Shown here piece after piece: positions 1 through 10,412 of a DNA stretch of 64,000 nucleotides (the stretch's first letter is position 1; the number at the start of each line of letters is the position of its first letter). Below the pieces are notes generated by a model. That model was given only the letters and a program-made list of their open reading frames with translations, did no database searches and was not told the DNA's origin. A program made the position numbers and the translations under genes. Source of the stretch: Acidimicrobiales bacterium (lineage in GTDB: Bacteria; Actinomycetota; Acidimicrobiia; Acidimicrobiales; RAAP-2); contig DASSZS010000054.1 of assembly GCA_035702745.1 (NCBI GenBank), positions 9,656 to 73,655 on the forward strand, given 5' to 3'.

Positions 1-1
1 C

Positions 2-826
2 CTCCCAGCGGCCCTCGCGGCTCATCTCGTTGAGGCGGGACTGAAGGCCGCCCCACCCGTGGAGGTCGAGCACGCCCCGGTACGCCGGGGTCGAGGCGTA
101 GAAGGCGATCTGGCGGCGCGTCTCGAGAGCGTGGCGGCGCCGCGCGTCCTCGTCCTCACCGGCCACGACCATCCCCGAGAGCGCGACCTCGACCGCCTCG
201 CGCCCTCTCCCCGAGGACGCGAGGCCGCGCTCGAGCGCCGGGAGGGTCACCTCACGCAGGTAGCGCTCGGTGGTGAAGGGATGGACGAGGAGCCCGTCCG
301 CCACCTCGCCGGCGACCTCGGTCATGCGCTCACCGACCGCCGCCACGAAGACCTTGGGCGGACCGTAGGGGTTTGGGCCGGGGTTGAAGAAGGGGGTCAT
401 CAGGGTGTGGCGGTAGAACTCGCCACGAAAGAAGAGACGGGTCCCCTCGTGCCAGGAGGACCAGATGGCCCGCATCGCGAGCACGTACTCGCGCATCCGG
501 GCCGCCGGGTGGGACCAGGGCATCGAGTAGCGCTTCTCGATGTGGGGCTTGATCTGGGACCCTAAGCCGAGCAGCAGCCGGCCGCCCGAGAGCAACTGGA
601 GGTCGTTGGCCATCGTTGCGGTAATCAGCGGACTGCGCCCGAAGGCGACCACGATGGCCGTGCCCAGGGCCACCCGACTCGTCGCCGGCGCCGCGAGGGC
701 CAAGGTGAGGAGCGGGTCGTGGCCCGTCTCGGCGCTCCAGATCCCGTCGAACCCCTCGGCCTCGAGCGCGGCGGCGCGCTCGGCGACGTCGCGCGCGTCA
801 AAGCCGATGGCGCCGTCCACCAACAC
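2..826 (-). CDS. F420-dependent LLM-class oxidoreductase, TIGR03617-like (partial, runs off the left edge)
   Basis: Own translation: VLVDGAIGFD...GIWSAETGHDP...LGLGSQIKPHIEKRYSMPWSHPAARMREY...HTLMTPFFNPG. The start is placed at GTG 826, 7 nt after a TAGGAT -10. An ATG at 835 is the alternative. Confidence 0.9.
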   Translation of the reverse strand, partial: MLVDGAIGFDARDVAERAAALEAEGFDGIWSAETGHDPLLTLALAAPATSRVALGTAIVVAFGRSPLITATMANDLQLLSGGRLLLGLGSQIKPHIEKRYSMPWSHPAARMREYVLAMRAIWSSWHEGTRLFFRGEFYRHTLMTPFFNPGPNPYGPPKVFVAAVGERMTEVAGEVADGLLVHPFTTERYLREVTLPALERGLASSGRGREAVEVALSGMVVAGEDEDARRRHALETRRQIAFYASTPAYRGVLDLHGWGGLQSRLNEMSREGRWE

Positions 827-894
827 GGCGCGCATCCTAGAACCCCGTGCGCCACCGGCCCGGCCGGTAGCGTGAGGAGGGACCAGGAGACGCC

Positions 895-2028
895 GTGAAC
901 GACGCCCGCGAAGACCCAACAGCGGTCGAGACACGCCGGGGGCGGCTCTTCGCCCGGGCGCGGCGATCCGAGGTGCCCCTGGCCACGATCCTCACCACCG
1001 TCGGCGTGGTAGCCGGCGTCTACCTGACCGGTCTCGTGCTCTACCGACTGCGCGACGTCGTGCTCTTGATGCTGGTGGGCGGCTTCGTGGCGATGCTGCT
1101 CAACCCGTTCGTCACCCGACTCGAGCACACGCGTCTGCGGCGACGTGGTGTTTCGGTGGCCATCGTCACCGTGGCCGCGGTCCTCGTCTTCATCGGCCTC
1201 GCCGTCGCCTTCGGCTATCCACTCGTGAACTCGACGACGCACCTGGTGAACGCCTTGCCGGCGTACGTCACCAAGGCCGAGAAGGGCCAGGGTTGGATCG
1301 GCCACCTGCTGGCGCACTACCACGTGCGCAGCTGGCTCAGCCGCAACTCCTCCAAGCTCGTCACCTTCGCCCAGAACCTCTCTAAGCCCGCGCTGGCGCT
1401 CGGACGTGGCGCCGTGACGATCCTCCTGGCGCTCGTCACCATGTTCGCCTTCGTCGTCTTGTTGCTCCTTGAGGGTCCCAAGATGCGACGCTTCATCTTG
1501 GACAACCTGGCCGGCGAGCACGCCGAGCGGGTGGTGCGCGTGGCCAGCCGCGTCGCTCAGGCCACGGCCGGGTACATGCTCGGCAATCTGGTCACCTCGG
1601 TCGTCGCCGGCGCCGTCATCTTCATCACCTTGGTCAGCGTGTCGGTGCCCTTCGCGTTCCTCTGGGCGCTGTGGGTGGCCCTGGTGGACTTCATACCCCA
1701 GATCGGCGGAGCGCTCGCCGGCATCCCGACGATCCTGTTCGCGTTCGTCCACTCGCTCGCCGCGGGGGTCATCACTCTCGTCGTCTTCGTCGTCTACACC
1801 AACATCGAGAACCACCTGCTCAACCCGGTGGTCATGAGTCGCACCGTGCGGATCAACCCCCTGTGGATCTTCCTCGCCGTGCTCATCGCCGCCGAGATCG
1901 GGTCGTGGGTCGGTGGGGCCTTCGGCGGATTCGTGGCGGTGCTGCTCGCCGTCCCGCTCGCCGCCACCGTCCACGTGCTCGTGCGCGAGCTCTGGGGTGG
2001 GTCGGCGCCCACGGCCCCAGAGCCCTAG
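895..2028 (+). CDS. AI-2E (UPF0118/PerM) family transporter
   Basis: Multi-pass membrane protein with LVDFIPQIG, NIENHLLNPVVMSRTVRINP motifs and an upstream RBS. Confidence 0.9.
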   Translation: MNDAREDPTAVETRRGRLFARARRSEVPLATILTTVGVVAGVYLTGLVLYRLRDVVLLMLVGGFVAMLLNPFVTRLEHTRLRRRGVSVAIVTVAAVLVFIGLAVAFGYPLVNSTTHLVNALPAYVTKAEKGQGWIGHLLAHYHVRSWLSRNSSKLVTFAQNLSKPALALGRGAVTILLALVTMFAFVVLLLLEGPKMRRFILDNLAGEHAERVVRVASRVAQATAGYMLGNLVTSVVAGAVIFITLVSVSVPFAFLWALWVALVDFIPQIGGALAGIPTILFAFVHSLAAGVITLVVFVVYTNIENHLLNPVVMSRTVRINPLWIFLAVLIAAEIGSWVGGAFGGFVAVLLAVPLAATVHVLVRELWGGSAPTAPEP

Positions 2029-2053
2029 CCGGCCGACCTATGGTGGCGGGGCC

Positions 2054-5000
2054 GTGAGCCTCTCCGATCCCCCCGTCGACCCGGTCACCCGACGCGCACT
2101 CGAGCGCGCCGTCGCCCTCATCGGAGCGAGCGCGGGCGACGAGCGGCGTGGGGGGGCTACGCGCGCGCGGCTGCGCCGGCTCCTGGCCGACCCCGACGCG
2201 GTGAGTGTCGTTCTCGGGCTCACCGACGAGGTGATGCGCTTTCGCGAGCCCGAGCGGGCGGCGCGCGCCCTGCGTCGCGCCGTCGCCCGGGTCAGCCCGA
2301 AGGGGTTCTCCCCTCTCGATCGCGCCGGTCTGCGGCTCGCCGCGGCGACCTCACGGGTCGCCCCCGGATTCGTCGTCGGTCAGGTCGAGCGGCGCGTGAG
2401 GGCCCTCACCGGCTCGTTGATTCTCGACGACGACCCCACCGGTCTCGCCCGGCGCTTCGCCGACCACCGAGCCCGCGGGTTGGGGCTCAACGTGAACGTG
2501 CTGGGCGAGGCCGTCCTGGGCGAGCGCGAGGCCGAGGAGCGCCTCGAGCGAGTCCTCGCGATGATCGAGCGCGACGACGTCGACTACGTCTCGGTCAAGC
2601 TTTCCTCGGTGGCGAGTCAGCTCGTCACCCTCGACCACGCCGGCTCGCTCGAGCGTGTCGCGGCGCGCCTGCGGCGCCTCTATCGCGCCGCGCGCGCGTG
2701 CGACGTCTTCGTCAACCTTGACATGGAGGAGTACCGCGACCTTCGGCTCACCCTCGACGCCTTCATGAGCGTTCTCAGTGAGGATGAGTTCCTCTCCCTC
2801 TCGGCCGGGATCGTGCTCCAGGCCTACCTCCCCGACTCCCACGGGGCCCTGGCCGAGCTCGCCGCGTGGGCGAGGGCCCGACGCGCCGTCGGGGGCCCGC
2901 CCGTCAAGGTGCGCCTGGTCAAGGGGGCGAACCTCGCGATGGAGACGGTCGAGGCCGAGCTGCACGGCTGGGTCGGCGCACCCTACGGCTCCAAGGCCGA
3001 GGTCGACGCGAGCTACCTGCGCCTCCTTGACGACGTCCTGGTTCCCGAGGTCCGCGACCACTTGCGCGTCGGGGTGGCCAGCCACAACCTCTTCCACGTC
3101 GCCTGGGCGCTGGAACTGGCCGCCGAACGCAACGTGGGCGACCAGCTCGACGTGGAGATGCTCGAGGGCATGGCCGACGCCGAAGCCGAGGCGCTCGTCG
3201 GGGCGGGCCAACCGGTCCTGCTCTACGCGCCGGTGACCCGACGCGACGACTTCCCGGCCGCCGTCGCCTACCTCGTGCGACGGCTGGACGAGAACACGGC
3301 GCCGGAAAACTACCTGCGCGCCGCCCTCTCCATCGCCGAGGACCCCGTCGTGCTCGACGAGCAGCGACGCCGCTTCCTCGACGCGCTCGAGGCCCGCGCG
3401 TCGGTGTCGACCGCGCGGCGCCGTCGGGCCCGGGCCCGCCGGGACACGGGCTTTGTCAACGAGCCCGACGGCGACCCGACCGACCCGGCGCTCGTCGGGG
3501 CCCTCGACGCGTCGTTCGCCGGCCTGCGCCGAGTCGACGACCTGGTCATCGACACGCTCGACCACCTCGACCTCGCCGGTGTGCCCGACTACGAGGTCGG
3601 CCGCGACCCCAACGATGAGGGGCGCCCGTGGTACCGGTACCGGGTGGCCACCCGGGCCGAGGTCGACCGGGCGCTCGAGTTCGCGAGCTCGGGCTTCGCC
3701 CGCTGGCACGCCACGCCGCGTGACGAGCGCCGCGCCCTCCTCGAACGCGCGGCCGCGGTCATGGCCGAACGGCGCGCCGAAACGATCGCGGTCATGGCCC
3801 GTGACGCCGGCAAGACCGTGGCCGAGTCGGACCCCGAGGTGAGCGAGGCCGTCGACTTCGCGCGCCACTACGCGTCTCACGCGCTCGAGGGCGCAACGTC
3901 CGAGCCACTCGGGGTGGTGCTCGTCGTGCCGCCGTGGAACTTCCCCTACTCGATTCCCGCCGGCGGGATCCTCGCGGCGCTGGCGGCCGGCAACGCCGTG
4001 ATCGTGAAGCCGGCGCCCGAGACCGTGGCCGTCGCCGAGACCCTCGTGCGTCAGCTATGGGCCGCCGGGTTGGCCCGCGACATCGTGCAGTTGGTGCCCA
4101 CCCGCGACGACGACGTCGGTCGTCACCTCGTGACCCACGTCGGGGTGAGCGCCGTGGTGCTGACCGGCTCGTACGACACGGCCCGGCTCTTCACCGGGTG
4201 GAAGCCGACACTCCACCTCTTGGGCGAGACGAGCGGCAAGAACGCGCTCCTCATCACGGCGAGCGCCGACGTCGACCTCGCCGTGCGCGACCTGGTTCAG
4301 GCGGCCTTCGGTAACGGTGGCCAGAAGTGCTCAGCCGCGAGCCTGGCTATCGTCGAACGGGCCCTCGCCGACGACCCCCGCTTCCTCGCCCAGCTGGCCG
4401 ACGCCGTGACCAGCCTCGCCGTCGGATCGGCTGCGAGCTTCGCCACCCAGGTCGGCCCCCTCATCCGCCCGCCCGGGGCGGCGCTCACTCGCGCCCTGAC
4501 CACCCTGGACGAGGGCGAGAGCTGGCTGGTGGAGCCGGTGCGACTCGACCAGGACGGCCACCTCTGGCGCCCCGGGGTCAAGCTCGGAGTGCGTCCCGGC
4601 TCGTGGGGGCACCTCAACGAGTGGTTCGGTCCGGTCCTCGGGGTGATGGTGGCCGACGGGCTCGACCAGGCCATCGAGTGGCAGAACGCCACCCCCTACG
4701 GCCTGACCGCGGGGCTGCACTCCCTCGACGTCGCCGAGATCGAGACCTGGGTCGACCGGGTCCGGGCCGGCAATCTCTACGTGAACCGCACGACGACCGG
4801 GGCCGTCGTCGCCCGCCAGCCCTTCGGCGGGTGGAAGCGTTCGCGCGTCGGCCCCACCGCCAAGGCCGGCGGGGATCACTACGTCGAGGCGCTGCGGCGC
4901 TGGCGGCCGGTCCACGACCTCGACGCGGCGCTCGCCGAAGCGCGCCGGTGGTGGGACGAGACCGGTTCGCGAGCCCTCGACCGGGCCGGGCTGGCCAGCG

Positions 5001-5419
5001 AGTACAACCTCGTGCGCTACGTCGTCTCGTCACGACCCGTCGTCGTACGGGTCAGCGACGCGACGGCCCCGACCGGAATCCGCTACGCCCGCGAGCTGGC
5101 GCGCCTCGTGGGCCTCACCCTCGAGTTCAGCGCCGCCGACGTCGTGCGCGGGCTGCTCGACGTGACCCTCGAGACTCCCGAGGAGCTCGCCGAGCGCGTC
5201 GGCGAGGGCGACCGGGTCCGGTGGCTGAGCGACGAGCCCGCCCCGGCCCTCCGACTCCTCGAGCGCGGGGCGTCGCTCGACCCGCGGGCGCTCGCCCAGG
5301 CGGGGGCCGTCGAGCTCGCCCGCTGGCTGGACGAGCAGAGCGTGTCGATCACCGCCCACCGCTACGGCAACACCCACGCCGGACCACGACCCGTCGTCGG
5401 CGGGGGCCCTCGGATCTAG
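2054..5419 (+). CDS. putA: Bifunctional proline dehydrogenase / P5C dehydrogenase
   Basis: PRODH motifs (NLDMEEY, VRLVKGANLAME, YLVRRLDEN) are fused to an ALDH domain (PPWNFP, GETSGKN, GQKCSAAS). Confidence 0.95.
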   Translation: MSLSDPPVDPVTRRALERAVALIGASAGDERRGGATRARLRRLLADPDAVSVVLGLTDEVMRFREPERAARALRRAVARVSPKGFSPLDRAGLRLAAATSRVAPGFVVGQVERRVRALTGSLILDDDPTGLARRFADHRARGLGLNVNVLGEAVLGEREAEERLERVLAMIERDDVDYVSVKLSSVASQLVTLDHAGSLERVAARLRRLYRAARACDVFVNLDMEEYRDLRLTLDAFMSVLSEDEFLSLSAGIVLQAYLPDSHGALAELAAWARARRAVGGPPVKVRLVKGANLAMETVEAELHGWVGAPYGSKAEVDASYLRLLDDVLVPEVRDHLRVGVASHNLFHVAWALELAAERNVGDQLDVEMLEGMADAEAEALVGAGQPVLLYAPVTRRDDFPAAVAYLVRRLDENTAPENYLRAALSIAEDPVVLDEQRRRFLDALEARASVSTARRRRARARRDTGFVNEPDGDPTDPALVGALDASFAGLRRVDDLVIDTLDHLDLAGVPDYEVGRDPNDEGRPWYRYRVATRAEVDRALEFASSGFARWHATPRDERRALLERAAAVMAERRAETIAVMARDAGKTVAESDPEVSEAVDFARHYASHALEGATSEPLGVVLVVPPWNFPYSIPAGGILAALAAGNAVIVKPAPETVAVAETLVRQLWAAGLARDIVQLVPTRDDDVGRHLVTHVGVSAVVLTGSYDTARLFTGWKPTLHLLGETSGKNALLITASADVDLAVRDLVQAAFGNGGQKCSAASLAIVERALADDPRFLAQLADAVTSLAVGSAASFATQVGPLIRPPGAALTRALTTLDEGESWLVEPVRLDQDGHLWRPGVKLGVRPGSWGHLNEWFGPVLGVMVADGLDQAIEWQNATPYGLTAGLHSLDVAEIETWVDRVRAGNLYVNRTTTGAVVARQPFGGWKRSRVGPTAKAGGDHYVEALRRWRPVHDLDAALAEARRWWDETGSRALDRAGLASEYNLVRYVVSSRPVVVRVSDATAPTGIRYARELARLVGLTLEFSAADVVRGLLDVTLETPEELAERVGEGDRVRWLSDEPAPALRLLERGASLDPRALAQAGAVELARWLDEQSVSITAHRYGNTHAGPRPVVGGGPRI

Positions 5420-6588
5420 GCCGGCTCGCGGGGCAGGCCCAGCACTCGCTCGGCGATGATGTTGCGCTGGACGACCGCGGTGCCTCCGCCGATGGTGAGG
5501 GCCTGGGCGTAGAGGAAGCCCCACGCCCACGAGACGCCCTCCTCGCCCCCGACGCCGCCGGGACCCCGGTCGGCGAGCATCCCCGCTGCGTGGGCCAGGC
5601 GAACGGCGAGTCCCATGACCTCTTGACCGTGGTCGTCGGCCAGCGCCTTGCGCACGCTCGCCGTCGCGCCGCTCGAGGCGCCCGACAGCGCGGCGTGGGT
5701 GATTCGACCGCGCAGGAGCCGCAGCACCTCTCCGTGGATCACCGCGCGCACCAGCGCCTCGCGCTCGCCCGGCTCGAGCGCGAGGCCCTCGCGAACGACG
5801 AGGTCGACCAGGTCGCGCGCCGTGGGGCCCCGCCCCCACAGGACACCCTCGCCCGAGAGGGCTACGCGCTCGTTGGCCAGCGTGACCTTGGCGAGTCGCC
5901 AGCCGTCGTCGACCTCGCCCAGGCGCAGGTCGTCAGCGAGCACCACCTCGTCGAGGAAGACCTCGTTGAAGGCGTGGTCGCCGGTCATGTCGACCAGGGG
6001 TCGCACGCTGACCCCCGGGGCGTCCATCGGGCAGACGAAGTAGGTGATGCCCCGCGGTCCGGGCTGGCCGGTGCGCGCGAGCAGAATCCCCCACTTCGCC
6101 AGGTGGGCGTAGCTCGTCCAGGTCTTCTGACCGGTGACGACCCAGTGGTCGCCCTCGCGCCGGGCGCGGGTGGCGAGCGACACCAGGTCGCTGCCGGCGT
6201 CGGGCTCGCTGAAGAGCTGGCACCAGAACTCCTCTCCCGAGAGGATCCCCGGCAGCCACCGGGCCTGCTGGGTCTCGGTGCCCGCGGCGAGGATCGTCGG
6301 GCCGGCCCAGCCAATCCCGATCGGGTTCACCGGCCTCGCCACACCGGCGCGGCGCAACTCGTCGTCGATCACCAGCTGGTGCTCGGGGTCGGCCCCCAAC
6401 CCCCACGGCGGCGGCCAGTGGGGCGCGACGAGCCCGGCCTCGGCCAGCTCGGCGCCGCGGGGCGAGGGGTGCGCGGCGAGGAAGCGGCGAACCGCGAGCC
6501 GGCGGGGATCGTTCTCGGGGGCCGCGTCGTCGACCCCGAGCGTGGTCGGTGCGAGCAGCCCTCGATGCGGCGTTGCATCGACGGTCAC
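5416..6588 (-). CDS. Acyl-CoA dehydrogenase (FadE-type)
   Basis: WCQLFSEPDAGSDL, GQKTWTS, FNEVFLD, LANER and QRNIIAERVLGLPR motifs. Confidence 0.92.
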   Translation of the reverse strand: MTVDATPHRGLLAPTTLGVDDAAPENDPRRLAVRRFLAAHPSPRGAELAEAGLVAPHWPPPWGLGADPEHQLVIDDELRRAGVARPVNPIGIGWAGPTILAAGTETQQARWLPGILSGEEFWCQLFSEPDAGSDLVSLATRARREGDHWVVTGQKTWTSYAHLAKWGILLARTGQPGPRGITYFVCPMDAPGVSVRPLVDMTGDHAFNEVFLDEVVLADDLRLGEVDDGWRLAKVTLANERVALSGEGVLWGRGPTARDLVDLVVREGLALEPGEREALVRAVIHGEVLRLLRGRITHAALSGASSGATASVRKALADDHGQEVMGLAVRLAHAAGMLADRGPGGVGGEEGVSWAWGFLYAQALTIGGGTAVVQRNIIAERVLGLPREPA

Positions 6589-6662
6589 GCTCCCACCGTA
6601 ACTCGCGCCGTGGCCGCGCGCACCCCGGGCCGGCCCGAGGGCGCGCCCGTATACTCCCGTCT

Positions 6663-7103
6663 ATGGCGATGGTCTTCTGGGCCGTGATCATCGTGGCCTG
6701 CGCGTGGGCCGAGTTGCACACCAACGCGCTGGTCGCCGCCTTCGTCGGCGCGAGCGCCGTCGTCGCCTTCGCCCTGGCCCTGCTGGGGGTCCCGTTCCTC
6801 GTCCAGGTGGCCGTCTGGCTGGTGGTCTCGGGAGTCGTGCTCGCCGCCCTGCGCCCGTTCGCCCTGCGCTTCGTACGTCACCGCCACCACCCCGACCTAT
6901 CGCTCCCGACTCGGGGCCCGATGACCGACCAGACGGGGTTCGTCGAGCAGGTCGTCGGCGACGAGGGCCACCCCGGCCGCGTGAGCATCAAGGGCGAGTC
7001 GTGGCGGGCGGTGACCGAGTCGGGCGAGACCATCCCCGACGGTTCGAGGGTCGTCGTGCGCCGGGCCCACGGTACGACGCTGTGGGTCGAGCGGCTCAGC
7101 TAG
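6663..7103 (+). CDS. Short NfeD-family (YbbJ-like) membrane protein
   Basis: N-terminal TM helices followed by a C-terminal OB-fold (GRVSIKGESWRA...VVRRAHGTTLWVE). A TATACT -10 lies 7 nt upstream of the ATG. Confidence 0.88.
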   Translation: MAMVFWAVIIVACAWAELHTNALVAAFVGASAVVAFALALLGVPFLVQVAVWLVVSGVVLAALRPFALRFVRHRHHPDLSLPTRGPMTDQTGFVEQVVGDEGHPGRVSIKGESWRAVTESGETIPDGSRVVVRRAHGTTLWVERLS

Positions 7104-8022
7104 CGCCCACCGCCGGCACCGCGTCGAGGACGCTCTTGATCGCCTGAGCCGCCCCGAGCAGCGCGGCGCTCTCGGCCGGCACTACGAGCTTGGTGTTGGG
7201 GCTCTCGGCGAAGCGGGCGAGGGTGTCGAGCTGCAAGATCGCGACCAGCGTGGGATCGGGCGTCTGGCCCTTGATCGCCGCGTAGACCAGCTCGATGGCC
7301 TCGGCCCGGCCCTGGGCCTCGAGGATCTGGGCCTGGCGCTGGCCCTCGGCTCGCAGGATCGCCGCCTGCTGGGCGCCCTCGGCCTCTTTTATCGCGGCCT
7401 GGCGTTGGCCGTCGGCCAGGTTGATCGCCGACTGCTGGGCGCCCTCGGACTCGAGGATCTTCGCGCGCTTCTCCTGGTCGGCCTGTTTCTGGAGGGCCAT
7501 CGCCTGGAGGATCTGGTCCGGCGGGGTGATCTCCATCACCTCCACGCGGTTGATCCTCACGCCCCACTTGTCGGTGGCCTCTTCCATCTGGGTCTGCAGG
7601 AGCGTGCCGATTCGCTCACGCTGGCTGAACGCCTCATCGAGGGTGATCGAGCCGAAGACCGCGCGCAGGGAGGTTCGCGCGAGGTTGTCGACGCTCACGA
7701 CGTAGTTCGAGTTGGTGAACAACGCCAGGCGCACGTCGACGACCTGGGAGAAGATCGTGGCGTTCACGATCACAGCCACGTTGTCGCGGGTGATCACCTG
7801 TTGGCGGTCGCCGGTGCGCGGCATCTCGCGCACGTCCACCGCGCGCAGCGTCTCGATGATCGGGATGATGAAGGTGAGCCCAGGTTGGCGGATCTCCTTG
7901 AACTCGCCGAGGCGGGTCACGACGCCGAGGAAGCCCTGCTGGACGATCCTCACCGATTTGCCGATGACGAGTATGACGAGCAGGACCACGATGGCCGCGA
8001 TCACCGCGAGGGCGATGCCCAT
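7096..8022 (-). CDS. SPFH/band-7 (stomatin/QmcA-like) protein
   Basis: N-terminal TM, QVITRDNV, RTSLRAVFG, WGVRINRVE and AEG-Q/A coiled-coil repeats. Confidence 0.92.
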   Translation of the reverse strand: MGIALAVIAAIVVLLVILVIGKSVRIVQQGFLGVVTRLGEFKEIRQPGLTFIIPIIETLRAVDVREMPRTGDRQQVITRDNVAVIVNATIFSQVVDVRLALFTNSNYVVSVDNLARTSLRAVFGSITLDEAFSQRERIGTLLQTQMEEATDKWGVRINRVEVMEITPPDQILQAMALQKQADQEKRAKILESEGAQQSAINLADGQRQAAIKEAEGAQQAAILRAEGQRQAQILEAQGRAEAIELVYAAIKGQTPDPTLVAILQLDTLARFAESPNTKLVVPAESAALLGAAQAIKSVLDAVPAVGAS

Positions 8023-8126
8023 GACCGCTCCTTCCCCGGGCGGCGCACGTCGTCCGATCTGGGCGCAGTGTATTGCCCCGGTGACGGGCCGTCGCGGCGC
8101 TGCTAGAACGGTCCCCGGGAGCTGCC

Positions 8127-9449
8127 ATGGATGTCGCCACCCTCGTCACCACCGTCCTCGACGACCAGGTCCCGCTGCGCGTCGAGGCCTACGACGGCAG
8201 CGTCGTCGAGCCGACCGTCCCCTCGAGCGCCAACGCCGTTACCCTGCGCATCCGCTCGCGCGACGCCCTGCGCCGGGTCCTCGCCCGTCCGGGCGAACTC
8301 GGTCTCGCGCGGGCCTACGTGGCCGGTGACATCGAGATTGAGGGCGACCTCGACCCGCTCTTCTACCTGCGTGCTCCCGACCCGCGCCGTTTCGCCAGTC
8401 CCGCGATCATGCGGGCCCTGGTCGAGCTCGTTGGCCGCGACGGCCTCGTCCCGCCGCCGCCGCCGCCGATCGAGGCGCGACCCCGGGGGCTGATGCACAG
8501 CCGCGCCCGCGACCGTCAGGCCGTGACCCACCACTACGACGTCTCCAACGCCTTCTACGAGATGGTTCTCGGGCCCTCGATGACCTACTCGTGCGCCCTG
8601 TGGCGCTCGAGCGAGGACGCCCTCGAAGAGGCCCAGACCCGCAAGGTCGACCTGGTGGCGCGCAAGCTCGGCCTCGCCGAGGGTGACCGCCTCCTCGACG
8701 TGGGCTGCGGCTGGGGCACGATGGCCATCCACGCGGCCGTCACCTACGGCGCCCGCTGCGTGGGCGTGACGCTTTCGGAGCCCCAGGCCCGCTACGCCAC
8801 CGAGCGAGCCCGCCGAGCTGGGGTCAGCGACCTCGTGGAGTTCCGGGTCCAGGACTACCGCGACGTCGACGACGGACCCTACGACGCGATCAGCTCGATC
8901 GGGATGAGCGAGCACGTGGGGCGCCGGGCCCTCGGTCGCTACGCCCAAGTGGTCTTCGACCTGCTGCGTCCCGGTGGACGGTTCCTCAACCACGCCATCG
9001 GTCGTCCGGTCTCGTTCGAGGAGGACCCCCGGCCGTCGCGCCTACGCGAGACGAGCCGCCAGGTCCAGGTGGCCCTCGGCCTGCGGGGTCCGTCGCGCAC
9101 GGCGAGTGCCTTCATCGACCGCTACGTCTTCCCCGACGGCGAGCTCCACGAGGTCGGCACCCTGGTCTCGATGTTCCAAGCCCACGGCTTCGAGGTGCGC
9201 CACCTCGAGAGCATCCGCGAGCACTACGGGCTCACGTTGCGCCGCTGGGTGGCCAATCTCGAGCAGCGTTGGGACGACGCGGTGGCCGAAGTCGGCCCGC
9301 AGCGGGCCCGGGTGTGGCGTCTCTACATGGCCGGCTCGGCGGTCGGCTTCGAGCGTCACCACCTCGAGGTCCACCAGGTTCTCTGCGTACGACCGGACCG
9401 CGGGCGCTCGGGCCTGGCTCTGCGCCCCCAGTTCGAGCCCGACTTCTAG
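8127..9449 (+). CDS. cfa: Cyclopropane-fatty-acyl-phospholipid synthase family SAM methyltransferase
   Basis: HHYDVSNAFY, MTYSCA, LLDVGCGWG, FIDRYVFPDGEL, HYGLTLRRW motifs. Confidence 0.9.
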   Translation: MDVATLVTTVLDDQVPLRVEAYDGSVVEPTVPSSANAVTLRIRSRDALRRVLARPGELGLARAYVAGDIEIEGDLDPLFYLRAPDPRRFASPAIMRALVELVGRDGLVPPPPPPIEARPRGLMHSRARDRQAVTHHYDVSNAFYEMVLGPSMTYSCALWRSSEDALEEAQTRKVDLVARKLGLAEGDRLLDVGCGWGTMAIHAAVTYGARCVGVTLSEPQARYATERARRAGVSDLVEFRVQDYRDVDDGPYDAISSIGMSEHVGRRALGRYAQVVFDLLRPGGRFLNHAIGRPVSFEEDPRPSRLRETSRQVQVALGLRGPSRTASAFIDRYVFPDGELHEVGTLVSMFQAHGFEVRHLESIREHYGLTLRRWVANLEQRWDDAVAEVGPQRARVWRLYMAGSAVGFERHHLEVHQVLCVRPDRGRSGLALRPQFEPDF

Positions 9450-9499
9450 GGCCGGCCCGCCGCCCGGGCCGACCCGGCGAGCCCCGGCGGATCCGTCGC

Positions 9500-10324
9500 T
9501 CAGCCGTCGTCGCCGCGCACCCCGACGTGACGGTCGTCCCAGAGCTCAAGGCCGCCGCGTATGCCCTCGGAGTTCTCCACAGTCGAGACGCGCGCGGCGA
9601 CCTCGCCGAGCTCGTCGAGCCTCACGTGGCGCGCGTTGCCCCCGCCGAGATACAGGTGGTCGAAAGCGCTCAGCACGTCGAAGTAGTCGATCGCCCGGCG
9701 TACCCGGCGGTTCCACTTCGCGTGGCCGATCCGCTTACGGGCCGCGTCGCCGAGCTGCTCGTTGAACGTGTCGCCCTGGCGGAAGGGGACCTGGGCGAAC
9801 TCCATGTGCGGCAGCATCCGCCCGTCCATGAAGAACGCGGAGCCCACGCCCGTGCCCAGGGTGAGGGCCACCTCGAGTCCACGGCCCTCGATCACCGCCG
9901 CGCCCTGGACGTCGGCGTCGTTGGCGACCCGGCACGGGGCCCGGAGAGCCCGAGCGAGAGCACCGGCCAAGTCGAAGTTCCCCCACGCCGCGACGAGTGC
10001 CGGGTCGACCCGCGAGCCGGGTCCCTTGGTGGTCACGAAGTGCGGCGCGCTGAGCACGCGGCCCCGGCGCACCTGGCCGGGGAAGCCGACGGCGACACGG
10101 TCCGCCGAGGGCAGCTGTCGCGCCAGGTCCCTCAGCGTCCCCACCAGCCGGTCCGGGGGCATGGGGTAGGTCGTCGCCACGCGGACCCTCTCGACCGTCA
10201 TCTCGCCGCGCCCGTCGAGGACGCCGGCCTTGAGACCGGTGCCGCCCACGTCGAAAGCTAGGGTCAGCGGGGGTGGGTGGACCTCCGCGCTCGGGGCGCC
10301 CGGTCGGGCGGGAGCGTCGCTCAC
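9500..10324 (-). CDS. ppgK: ROK-family sugar kinase, polyphosphate glucokinase-like
   Basis: FDVGGTGLKAG, NDADVQG, LTLGTGVGSA, YLGGGN motifs. The start is refined to GTG 10324, 7 nt after a TAGGGT -10. Confidence 0.75.
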   Translation of the reverse strand: MSDAPARPGAPSAEVHPPPLTLAFDVGGTGLKAGVLDGRGEMTVERVRVATTYPMPPDRLVGTLRDLARQLPSADRVAVGFPGQVRRGRVLSAPHFVTTKGPGSRVDPALVAAWGNFDLAGALARALRAPCRVANDADVQGAAVIEGRGLEVALTLGTGVGSAFFMDGRMLPHMEFAQVPFRQGDTFNEQLGDAARKRIGHAKWNRRVRRAIDYFDVLSAFDHLYLGGGNARHVRLDELGEVAARVSTVENSEGIRGGLELWDDRHVGVRGDDG

Positions 10325-10412
10325 CGAGTCCACCCTAGCCACGACGCCCCGTGCGCGCCCGGTCGTCGTCTCGCCGTCCCCGACGGGTCGGAGCATCGCC
10401 ACGATCCTTCCC

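Noticed and set aside
854-868. ACCGGCC-C-GGCCGGT palindrome between the first two divergent genes
   Set aside because: It is almost entirely G/C, so it is likely by chance, and no local regulator is present.
5416-5500. ACAD C-terminal GT-x-EIQ motif reads GTAVVQ, suggesting a dead enzyme
   Set aside because: In this ACAD class the catalytic Glu is in the LANER motif, which is intact.
7300-7460. Repetitive GGCCTGGCG/GCCCTCGG pattern in the SPFH gene
   Set aside because: It is explained by the normal AEG-x-x-Q/A coiled-coil repeats of stomatin-like proteins.
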